From an uncultured bacterium (GTDB taxonomy: Bacteria; Krumholzibacteriota; Krumholzibacteriia; Krumholzibacteriales; Krumholzibacteriaceae): a stretch of DNA of 22,789 nt. Within the stretch, counting starts at the first letter, position 1; every line of letters starts with the position of its first letter. The stretch lies in assembly GCA_965371515.1 (NCBI GenBank), contig CBDUYR010000045.1:1-22789 (forward strand), in the 5' to 3' direction. This document shows, in pieces, positions 1 to 7,130 of the stretch. The notes beneath the pieces were generated by a model, which saw only the letters and a list, made by a program, of their open reading frames with translations, was not told the DNA's origin and searched no databases. The translations under genes and the position numbers were made by a program.

Positions 1-111
1 CTGGAACAGTACTTTTACACCTTATCATACTGTCCCATTTTCGGGGTCCACTATAATACGCACGTTTACATGATTTCTAGTTATGATGAAAAGGTGGGTG
101 ATACGCCCTAG
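1..111 (+). CDS. 3' end of a hypothetical protein entering from outside the window
   Basis: Frame 1 is open from base 1 (LEQYFYTLSYCPIFGVHYNTHVYMISSYDEKVGDTP) to TAG at 109-111; the repeat at 117 follows immediately. Confidence 0.55.
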   Translation: MEQYFYTLSYCPIFGVHYNTHVYMISSYDEKVGDTP

Positions 112-116
112 ATTTT

Positions 117-143
117 CGTATAACAGAGTGTTCGTGGCTGCAG
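117..143 (+). repeat. Direct repeat copy 1, resembling an attC left half (R''/L''-like)
   Basis: CGTATAACAGAGTGTTCGTGGCTGCAG is 25/27 identical to 575-601 and starts 5 nt after a stop codon. Confidence 0.75.
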
Positions 144-213
144 GTCTGGCGACCCGGACGGTCACTTCACGGATACTCACGATGCTATCTGAAATACTGC
201 GAATAGAAAAAAA

Positions 214-260
214 TTGACCTGCGATTTTATATAACCCTATAATTCACCTCATGTTATAAT
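214..260 (+). promoter_or_regulatory. Sigma70-type promoter(s) upstream of the small lipoprotein gene
   Basis: TTGACC (214-219)-N18-TATAAT (238-243) with an upstream A-tract; a second perfect extended -10, TGtTATAAT, at 252-260. Confidence 0.6.
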
Positions 261-313
261 AGAATGATCGCAAAACTGCGGCCAGTCATGGATAGCCCTG
301 AAGAAAATCAACA

Positions 314-544
314 ATGAGGAGTGAGCTGATGCTTAGGATTCTTATTGTTATATTGGCTTTAGCCTCAATAGCGGCGTGTACAGAGACAACTACTGATAGT
401 TCAAAGAAGAAGCTTACTCAGCATGAAAGAGACAGTATCCTTGCTGAGTCGGATCTGCCGGGAGCAAACGTCGTCGGGAAGGCTATAGAAGTATCAGATT
501 CCTCGACTGCACGAGCCAAGCGGCTAGATGAGCAGTCTGACTAG
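314..544 (+). CDS. Small lipoprotein, function unknown (start 314 or 329)
   Basis: Hydrophobic N-terminus ending in the lipobox IAAC, then a short polar mature part. Confidence 0.8.
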   Translation: MRSELMLRILIVILALASIAACTETTTDSSKKKLTQHERDSILAESDLPGANVVGKAIEVSDSSTARAKRLDEQSD

Positions 545-574
545 AGTGCGAAAAGTTCTACGAGGACTGTCCTA

Positions 575-601
575 CGTATAACAAAGTGTTCGCGGCTGCA
601 G
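575..601 (+). repeat. Direct repeat copy 2, resembling an attC left half
   Basis: CGTATAACAAAGTGTTCGCGGCTGCAG, 30 nt after the stop of 314..544. Confidence 0.75.
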
Positions 602-621
602 TTCTTTGACCTTTCGCCGAG

Positions 622-1059
622 ATGACATTTGTCGCAGAGACCGCCAGAGCGTTGGAGCCTGCAATATCCTGTGATAAACGACACGTCGCATTTGTGGAGG
701 TAGAGCGTGTCGAAAAGGAGTATTTTGATACCTTATGGATCTGTAATGTCGAAAGCGGTTCTCTGGAAAAACTGTACAGAGGACCTGGAAAGGCGAAAAA
801 TCGAGGCGTAAGTGAATTGTCATGGTCTTTCGATGATTATCATATTGGAATGTTCTTTTCACCAGAGGCATTGGTGTTAGAAATTCAAAATCCAGACATC
901 ATTCATAAGGTCAGAGGAATAGATTTTAACTGGATTGGAAATAAAATGATTGTATTTACTCAAGGAAACGATATGTATCTGTATAACTTGGATACCAGAA
1001 AAAGGGAATTATTCTTGGAAGAAGCTTCAAAGCCTATGTTTTTATGGAAGAACAAATAG
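622..1059 (+). CDS. TolB/WD40-like beta-propeller protein, probably 5'-truncated
   Basis: PD40/TolB-like blades (PAISCDKRHVAFV, LWICNVESG, LSWSFDD, FNWIGNKMIVFT). No signal peptide or clear SD; in-frame TGA at 607-609 just after the repeat. Confidence 0.6.
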   Translation: MTFVAETARALEPAISCDKRHVAFVEVERVEKEYFDTLWICNVESGSLEKLYRGPGKAKNRGVSELSWSFDDYHIGMFFSPEALVLEIQNPDIIHKVRGIDFNWIGNKMIVFTQGNDMYLYNLDTRKRELFLEEASKPMFLWKNK

Positions 1060-1073
1060 GAGATAAAATCTAT

Positions 1074-1763
1074 ATGTTTAAACCAGCTGCTATTGCAATA
1101 CTAATGGGCAATATTTTACTGTTATTTAGCTCTGCCGGGCGAGTGAGCGAAGCAAACTCCTGTAAGCAATCGTCATATGATGTAATGTCTGTGCTGATTC
1201 AAGAGGAATACGGAATTGATTTCAAAATTATTCTTATCAACAGTGAAACCGAATCCTGGTGTTTAGGCACTCACCTGGACTTCCTCCAAGAACAGTGGCC
1301 AGAACTCAGAAGAGAGACAATAGATTCTCTTATAACTAGAAATAGCGGCATTTCGCAAAAGCTGGAAGCGAAATTCAAGATTTCAGTCGACTACATGCTA
1401 ATATCGGAAATCGAATACCTTGAAGCTCTTCAAGATAGTTCGGATCATTCAAAGGACAAGATATTTATGTCCAATGGGGATACCAGCCTCTCAGTTGAAG
1501 AATACGATGAAGCTTATTATGATTCGCTAATGCCCGATTGGGATAATTTCGATGAAATGCATCCAGACGCCCAAGGTTATTTAACGTTTTCCAGAGTTGG
1601 ATATGATTCGGAGTACATGCAAGCCCTGCTGATATATTCTAATGCCTATCGCTGTAGTGGAGATCGAGTGCGTCCGAAAACAAGGAAAATCGCTTACTTC
1701 AAAAAGCGTAATGGATCTTGGGAATTAGTAGGTGTTTCGCGAAGAGTATCAGCAATGTATTGA
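1074..1763 (+). CDS. Secreted hypothetical protein, paralog of 1768..2388
   Basis: AGGAG SD before ATG 1074; signal peptide; C-terminal HPDAQGYLTFSRVGYD...ALL...FKKRNGSWELVG. Confidence 0.8.
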   Translation: MFKPAAIAILMGNILLLFSSAGRVSEANSCKQSSYDVMSVLIQEEYGIDFKIILINSETESWCLGTHLDFLQEQWPELRRETIDSLITRNSGISQKLEAKFKISVDYMLISEIEYLEALQDSSDHSKDKIFMSNGDTSLSVEEYDEAYYDSLMPDWDNFDEMHPDAQGYLTFSRVGYDSEYMQALLIYSNAYRCSGDRVRPKTRKIAYFKKRNGSWELVGVSRRVSAMY

Positions 1764-1767
1764 TATT

Positions 1768-2388
1768 ATGTATCATCTGATTATGAAAATTGCTGTAACA
1801 GCGGCGATCCTCAGTATGTGCTTTCTTGGCGGCTGCGCCAAGCCGTACGCCGAGCCAAATCTTCCGTACGAAGACGAGACCGAACGAGAAGAATACTCTA
1901 TCTATTCACTCAGTATCGAGCATATCTACATGCGCAATCTGCTCTCGAATCACAAGAGCGAAATCGGGTCGATTGTCATAATCTCTGAGACAAACGAACT
2001 TATTGAGTACTGGAGGGACGAGTTTGTCGACGACATCGAGAACGAGGGTATACCGGAAAATGTTATCGAGAACTGGAGGAAGGAAAACGAATCCACAGAG
2101 TTCCTTAAGCGAAAATTCAATTTGTTATACGAGTATCATCTGGTGACAAGAACCGAACTGGATGGGATTGAAGACGTCAGTTTCTTCAGAGAGTTTTACA
2201 GGCGATATCCGGATTCAAATGGTTTGATATCGGTCTCGAAGATCGGGTTTGACAAGGCGAAGAATACGGCATTGATCCACCTGATCCACAGTTACGGCAC
2301 ACTGGGAGCGACTTACAACTTCATTCTGTTGAAGAGGACTGACGGTGCATGGGGTGTTGTGCGGAGAATATCGACTAGTGGTTTGTAG
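1768..2388 (+). CDS. Lipoprotein, paralog of 1074..1763 (start 1768 or 1783)
   Basis: Lipobox LGGC; C-terminal YPDSNGLISVSKIGFD...ALI...LLKRTDGAWGVV. Confidence 0.8.
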   Translation: MYHLIMKIAVTAAILSMCFLGGCAKPYAEPNLPYEDETEREEYSIYSLSIEHIYMRNLLSNHKSEIGSIVIISETNELIEYWRDEFVDDIENEGIPENVIENWRKENESTEFLKRKFNLLYEYHLVTRTELDGIEDVSFFREFYRRYPDSNGLISVSKIGFDKAKNTALIHLIHSYGTLGATYNFILLKRTDGAWGVVRRISTSGL

Positions 2389-2405
2389 GCTCGAGCGTGG
2401 ACTAT

Positions 2406-2449
2406 AAAAAAGTGAGGGAATATAAGGGTTGCGGGCTTATATCCCCTCA
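2406..2449 (-). terminator. Intrinsic terminator on the - strand
   Basis: 14-bp stem 2413-2426/2436-2449 with a 9-nt loop; its one irregular pair is G-U on - (A-C on +). The A6 at 2406-2411 gives the U-tract on -. Confidence 0.8.
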
Positions 2450-2623
2450 GTGCCGATTCGGATTGCAGTCAAAGAAGACAACTCAGCAACCATACTAATC
2501 GAAGGATACGTATCTTGCCATTTATAATGACTCACTATCGGTATCCTGAAGTCCCGTAAAGGGCTCTTCTCATTAATTATTAATATTTGTAGCTGCTGCC
2601 TCCTTGATTGAGACCTCATCGAC
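2406..2623 (-). ncRNA. Candidate ~215-nt structured non-coding RNA, family unassigned (possibly 6S-like)
   Basis: Bracketed by a - strand promoter (2630-2657) and terminator (2406-2449); the 5' and 3' parts pair in nested helices with many G-U pairs that work only on the - strand. Confidence 0.6.
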
Positions 2624-2629
2624 AATGAA

Positions 2630-2657
2630 AGTATAGGCGGATTATCGATTTTGTCCA
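2630..2657 (-). promoter_or_regulatory. Sigma70-type promoter for the candidate ncRNA
   Basis: TGGACA (2657-2652)-N16-TATACT (2635-2630); predicted +1 near G2623. Confidence 0.6.
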
Positions 2658-2682
2658 TGCCCGGGTTCACGCTCCGACCGGA

Positions 2683-2710
2683 TTGACAAAGACGCCGGTT
2701 GTGATATACT
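2683..2710 (+). promoter_or_regulatory. Strong sigma70-type promoter, divergent from the previous one
   Basis: TTGACA (2683-2688)-N16-TATACT (2705-2710) with an extended -10 TG at 2702-2703. Confidence 0.75.
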
Positions 2711-2794
2711 GAATACGTTCATGAAAATCAGGGAGCTGCCTGGTTCTTTCTGACAGCGACGATTGCAATTATCTAACAAAACGACTGCAGTACA

Positions 2795-3352
2795 ATGAGC
2801 TTTTTACCAATAGTAGCATTATTTGCCCTCGTATACTGGTTGAGCAACAGACTGAGCCGACCCGCCCCTCAGCCCTACGTGGAACCGAAGTACTGGGGAA
2901 TATCCATGGAGAAGCTTATCGAACTGGGCGATTCGTGCGATCTCCTGATAATCGGTCAGATTGAAAATCTCGAAAACATCGATGTCGAGAGAAACATGAT
3001 GGGGGCAAAGCATAACTTCTTAGAGGTTCATCTCGACGTAAGGGTAGAATTCCCCGAGGAAATGAAGGATGACGATGCAGTGATCAATTCCTGCCATTTC
3101 ATGCAGCAGGGCAGCCTGGGGGAGAACGCGAAATTGTCAGGACTCCACCCCGAACTGAATGACACGGTCTGTCTTGGATTGTTCATGAGATCTGAGAAGA
3201 ACGGTGTCTTCTATCTTGGATCGAACAGTCCTTTCTACAGGATCAGAAACGATGAGTGGATGCCGTACACCAGGAGAAACTGGATCGATATTATCCCAGC
3301 GGAGAAACCGATCATCGGTGATTTCACCGATTCCGGCTCAAGTATCCACTAG
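2795..3352 (+). CDS. Hypothetical protein with an N-terminal membrane anchor
   Basis: 185-aa ORF with a hydrophobic N-terminus (FLPIVALFALVYWL); no family recognised. Confidence 0.7.
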   Translation: MSFLPIVALFALVYWLSNRLSRPAPQPYVEPKYWGISMEKLIELGDSCDLLIIGQIENLENIDVERNMMGAKHNFLEVHLDVRVEFPEEMKDDDAVINSCHFMQQGSLGENAKLSGLHPELNDTVCLGLFMRSEKNGVFYLGSNSPFYRIRNDEWMPYTRRNWIDIIPAEKPIIGDFTDSGSSIH

Positions 3353-3461
3353 AGGTTCAGTCAGATTATCCATACAGTCCAAGTTTCAGTAGTAATTTCT
3401 GCGGGAATATCGTACAAGTTTTTATAAATCGAACGTGCAAGACAAAATGAAAGGAGATTTG

Positions 3462-3905
3462 ATGGCCTGCCCCGAATGTTACAGCAAGGATCCGCGAGTG
3501 ACTCCGATTCTCGATCCGGAGAGTTGTCTTACAACTCACCGGCAGTATGTCTGCTCCACCTGCGGAAGGTGCATCTGCGCGGAAGCGGATTCCCAGAACA
3601 AATACAGGATCAAGTACCCGTTCAATTCACTGGAGATAGCCAAGCTGTATCTAAGGGCCGCTGAAGCGATCTATGAGGGCCCCTGCGAGATCTACGAGAT
3701 TGAATACTCGAACGGCCGCAATCTGTACAAGATCTTTAAGAGCAAGGAGGACGTGCTCGCCTATCTTAAGAAAAACTCGATGCAGAGTTGTCCTTCGGAG
3801 GAGCCCCTGTACAGGACCAAAACGTACAAGCCGCATAACAATTCCCAGGTGAGAAAGCTCAGGGCGGACGAGATCGCGAAGTATCTCGAAGAGAAAAATG
3901 GATAG
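3462..3905 (+). CDS. Cys-rich conserved hypothetical protein, probably metal binding
   Basis: AAGGAG SD before ATG 3462; CPEC...H.QYVCSTCGRCIC and PFNSLEIAKLYLR motifs. Confidence 0.8.
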   Translation: MACPECYSKDPRVTPILDPESCLTTHRQYVCSTCGRCICAEADSQNKYRIKYPFNSLEIAKLYLRAAEAIYEGPCEIYEIEYSNGRNLYKIFKSKEDVLAYLKKNSMQSCPSEEPLYRTKTYKPHNNSQVRKLRADEIAKYLEEKNG

Positions 3906-3982
3906 CGCTGAAGAAATCGAAGAGTCTGAAGATTAAGCGTAATATCGGACGATCTGCGTCAATCCGGGCAGGATTTGATCGC

Positions 3983-4606
3983 ATGTACAGGAAGCTCGAT
4001 CTGAAGAAGGAATACCGGGAACTGTATAGTCCTCCAGGCAGGGATCCTGTGGTCGTAGATGTTCCTCCGCTGAAATATCTCATGATAGACGGAATCGACG
4101 CCGAGCCGGGGAACGAGGCCTTCCAGAACGCCATACAGGCACTCTTCAGCGTTTCATACAAGACTAAATTCATATCGAAGAAGCAGCTTGAGTCGGATTA
4201 CGTTGTTATGCCGCTGGAGGGATTATGGTGGGCGGACGATATGAACGACTTTATCGCCGGAAAGAAGAAGAACTGGCGCTGGACCCTCATGATCCTGCAG
4301 CCGGGATTAGTCACACTGGAGATGATAGACGGTGCGAAAGATGCATCGGGAGGCAAGGCGCCGGCGGATTCTCTCGAAAAGCTCCGGCTGGATGAGCTAC
4401 ACGAGGGATTATCAGCCCAGATCATGCATATCGGTCCGTATTCGGAGGAACACGGGAACATCATGAAGATCCACGAGCTCATAAGCGGTGAAGGCGGGAG
4501 CTTTGAAGGGACCGCACAGAAGCACCACGAGATCTACCTCAGTGATTTCAGAAAGACGGCGCCTGAGAAGCTTAAAACTGTTTTAAGACAGCCGTTCATC
4601 ATATAG
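3983..4606 (+). CDS. GyrI-like small-molecule-binding domain protein
   Basis: KLDLKKEYRELY, YVVMPLEGLWW, HIGPYSEE and HHEIYLSDFRKTAPEKLKTVLRQP motifs. Confidence 0.9.
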   Translation: MYRKLDLKKEYRELYSPPGRDPVVVDVPPLKYLMIDGIDAEPGNEAFQNAIQALFSVSYKTKFISKKQLESDYVVMPLEGLWWADDMNDFIAGKKKNWRWTLMILQPGLVTLEMIDGAKDASGGKAPADSLEKLRLDELHEGLSAQIMHIGPYSEEHGNIMKIHELISGEGGSFEGTAQKHHEIYLSDFRKTAPEKLKTVLRQPFII

Positions 4607-4614
4607 AATATCAC

Positions 4615-4770
4615 ATGAAGCGGATACTGCCGCTCATCCTGATCATAATGTCCCGGAAGAGGGACATCGGGGGCGTGATCCTGCACTTCGCGCTGACCCT
4701 GATACTGTTTGTCGCTGCTATTCTGACGGGAAGGCATCGGAAAAAAGACGGCGAAAAAGAAAATTTCTGA
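4615..4770 (+). CDS. 51-aa membrane mini-protein or internally deleted gene remnant
   Basis: MKRILPLILIIMSRKRDIGGVILHFALTLILFVAAILTGRHRKKDGEKENF nearly fills the gap between its neighbours; not in the ORF track. Confidence 0.55.
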   Translation: MKRILPLILIIMSRKRDIGGVILHFALTLILFVAAILTGRHRKKDGEKENF

Positions 4771-4791
4771 AGCGGGAGGGGGTAAACAGGT

Positions 4792-5358
4792 ATGACGGAC
4801 AGGAACAGGGCGATCGCCGGGTCGACGATCATTCTGTTAACGACTTTTGTATTGGGCCTTCTGCTAGCAGTGCTGCGCAAGGGCCCGAGCGCATTCTCCA
4901 ATCTTAATCTTGCCTACATGTTCATTGCCTTCTGTTTCGCAGGCGCAGCTTTCTATTCGGTCCTGAAATACCGCAGCACCCGCGATATGGTGTTTTCCGT
5001 ATTCATTGTGACGCTCGTACATCTTCTCATCTTCAGGATTACCGAGCCGAGGTACTTCATCGAGTTTTTTCTGTACTATGCGGCGCTTGGTGCCGCCGTG
5101 CTGATCTACTATAAAGCGATCGTTCCCCGCATGGGCCGGGTAAGGATCGGGAAATTCATATTGCTGGCCGTACTTATTGTGGTTATCTATTCGGCCGCGA
5201 CGGTCATCGCGTCACTCTTCTCAAGCGGCAGGAGCCTGTCGCAGAGTCTTAACGGTATAATTACCGTTCACAGCCTTACCGGTATCACACTTGGGCTCGG
5301 ACTCGAGATCGGGGAACTGCTGATAGAGAAGTTACTGTCAACGCCCCTGGAAAGATGA
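4792..5358 (+). CDS. Integral membrane protein with about 6 TM segments
   Basis: GGAGG upstream; repeated hydrophobic helices. Confidence 0.8.
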   Translation: MTDRNRAIAGSTIILLTTFVLGLLLAVLRKGPSAFSNLNLAYMFIAFCFAGAAFYSVLKYRSTRDMVFSVFIVTLVHLLIFRITEPRYFIEFFLYYAALGAAVLIYYKAIVPRMGRVRIGKFILLAVLIVVIYSAATVIASLFSSGRSLSQSLNGIITVHSLTGITLGLGLEIGELLIEKLLSTPLER

Positions 5359-5364
5359 TTGGAT

Positions 5365-6008
5365 ATGTTCGGAAACATACCGACCAGGCTTGCCAGATGT
5401 GTATCCGCGGGAATCCTGCTGGCTGTCATCATGACCATCGCCGCTCCACCGGGCGAGGCCTCGAGCCTGTTCAGCGTTGGAGCGGGACATGCCAGATTCA
5501 GAGATTCGAAGGCGTTGATCTGGGATCCCTCATGGTACCTGACCGGCACCTTCTTTTTCGATGTCAGACCGGGCCTGCAGCTCGGCCTGTCGATGAACTA
5601 CTACTTTCTTCAGCCCAGACCGGCCAGCGATTTCTTCGGGGTTGGAGTTATGTGGGAGGAACCTGAAGGCGACGGTTGGATGTTTTCCATGGTGCCGGCC
5701 GTAAGGATTCCATTTTCGCTAGGCGATGACGGATTGACGCAGGTATACCTGCAGGGCGGCATTGGATGGTACCACCTCGATATGGATTTGCTGTACTCTG
5801 GTCGTGTTCTGGTGCCTGAAGGTGAGGATATCGAAAAAAGGATCACAGCCAAATGGGACAAACCCGGGGTGGACGGAAGGTTCGGTGTTGTGACAAGGCT
5901 CAGCGGCGCCTTTTTCTGGAGATATCTCCCAGTATGAGCGTGATATTTACAGATGATGAATCTACATGGTCTTTAAATGCGTATATTGCGATGAGCATGA
6001 AGTATTAG
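5365..6008 (+). pseudogene. Outer-membrane beta-barrel protein, frameshifted at the T5 run 5911-5915
   Basis: Signal peptide and amphipathic strands (VYLQGGIGWYH). The frame stops at 5937, but another frame from 5916 reads LEISPSMSVIFTDDESTWSLNAYIAMSMKY* to 6008, supplying the last two strands and a terminal aromatic residue. Confidence 0.75.
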
Positions 6009-6045
6009 CCGTAGCGTTTATCAGTGATCCACTGAAGGAGATAAC

Positions 6046-6564
6046 GTGATCGAAATAAGACCTGAACGTCCAGGCGATGAAGAAGCCATTGCCGAAATCA
6101 ACAGACTCGCATTCGACGGGGAAGAGGAGGTGGGAATAATCGCCGGGATCAGGAGTTCTGAATTCTTCATCCCCGAACTCTCGCTCGTCGCCGAATCGGA
6201 CGGCAGGATCATAGGGCATATCATGTTCAGCCTCATCAACCTTATCCGGTTCGACCAGCCGGCTGAAACGATTCTCAGCCTAGCACCAATGGCCGTTGAC
6301 CCCGAAGAACAGAACAGGGGTACCGGTTCGGCCCTTGTACGGGCAGGGATGGAGATTGCGCGAGAACTCGGTCACAGGATCGTCATAGTTATAGGCCACT
6401 CCGGATATTATCCGAGGTTCGGATTTGAGAAGGCGAGAATACACGGGTTCGAAATCGGGATCGATGTACCTGACGAGGTTTTCATGGTGGCCGGGCTGCA
6501 ACCCGGCGCTTTGCAGGAATCGGGGGGCATGGTACAATTCTCTCCGCCGTTCAACATGTCCTGA
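6046..6564 (+). CDS. GNAT N-acetyltransferase, YhbS-like
   Basis: IRPERPGD, LSLVAESDGRIIGHI, LAPMAVDPEEQNRGTGSALV and VIGHSGYYPRFGF motifs; AAGGAG SD with GTG start. Confidence 0.92.
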   Translation: MIEIRPERPGDEEAIAEINRLAFDGEEEVGIIAGIRSSEFFIPELSLVAESDGRIIGHIMFSLINLIRFDQPAETILSLAPMAVDPEEQNRGTGSALVRAGMEIARELGHRIVIVIGHSGYYPRFGFEKARIHGFEIGIDVPDEVFMVAGLQPGALQESGGMVQFSPPFNMS

Positions 6565-6591
6565 AAACAGGTCGGAAGGATCGTGAGGCTC

Positions 6592-7098
6592 ATGAAGAGA
6601 CTGGCAGTCATCATTTCTATTATACTGATAATGACTGGATGTAGCGGAGAGTACGCTGACGACGAAGTGCAGCCCATCAACACCCTCAACGATGCGGATA
6701 ATCCCGAGATTGCAATAGCGAGGGACATGCTGGCCGCAACATTGAACTACGATATCGACCGGTTTGTCGAGCAGAACCGTCCCAAACTCGAAGTATGTTT
6801 CCTCAGCATTCTCGACTCAGATCCGGCAGACGAGCTTCTTGCACGGCTGAAGGGCGCGAAGCTCGAAGTGCACAAGTTTTCCGAATGGACCACATATTTC
6901 AAGAACGAGGACGGGCAGCCGATCATGCCCACGCGGTTTTTCACGATATCGGTAAGGGATGTCCGGATTATCGATTCCACCCACGCCGAGGTGGATACAA
7001 GCTGGAATGCTTCGGGTATCTCGATTCCGGGCGAGACATTCATACTGGAAAAGATCGCCGGGACATGGCGGGTGACAGGTACGAGATTGACATCGTGA
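6592..7098 (+). CDS. Lipoprotein, function unknown; related to 9214..9717
   Basis: MKRLAVIISIILIMTGC lipobox; FLSILDSDPADELL; C-terminal FILEKIAGTWRV. Confidence 0.82.
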   Translation: MKRLAVIISIILIMTGCSGEYADDEVQPINTLNDADNPEIAIARDMLAATLNYDIDRFVEQNRPKLEVCFLSILDSDPADELLARLKGAKLEVHKFSEWTTYFKNEDGQPIMPTRFFTISVRDVRIIDSTHAEVDTSWNASGISIPGETFILEKIAGTWRVTGTRLTS

Positions 7099-7130
7099 TC
7101 CGTCACTTTACGTAGACGACAGGGTAACGT

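Noticed and set aside
118..259. Complete attC from GTATAAC (118) to GTTATAA (253)
   Set aside because: The outer ends pair loosely, but there is no L' box complementary to GTTCGTGG, and GTTATAAT is better explained as an extended -10 element.
117..601. CRISPR array
   Set aside because: Only two repeat copies, 458 bp apart with a gene between them; no cas genes.
2523..2541. T7 promoter look-alike TATAATGACTCACTATCGG
   Set aside because: 15/19 match to TAATACGACTCACTATAGG, but it has mismatches upstream of the core and at -1, there is no phage or vector context, and the bases lie within the candidate RNA. Most likely chance.
2406..2623. Retron msr-msd, attC or MITE explanation for the long hairpin
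   Set aside because: No reverse transcriptase in the window, no RYYYAAC/GTTRRRY ends, and no clean terminal repeats with target duplication. Promoter plus terminator favour a transcribed RNA.
2771..2790. Third attC-like half-site ATCTAACAAAACGACTGCAG
   Set aside because: It has RYYYAAC and CTGCAG, but the spacing differs from the two repeats, it has no right arm and it does not follow a full gene. Too weak to call.
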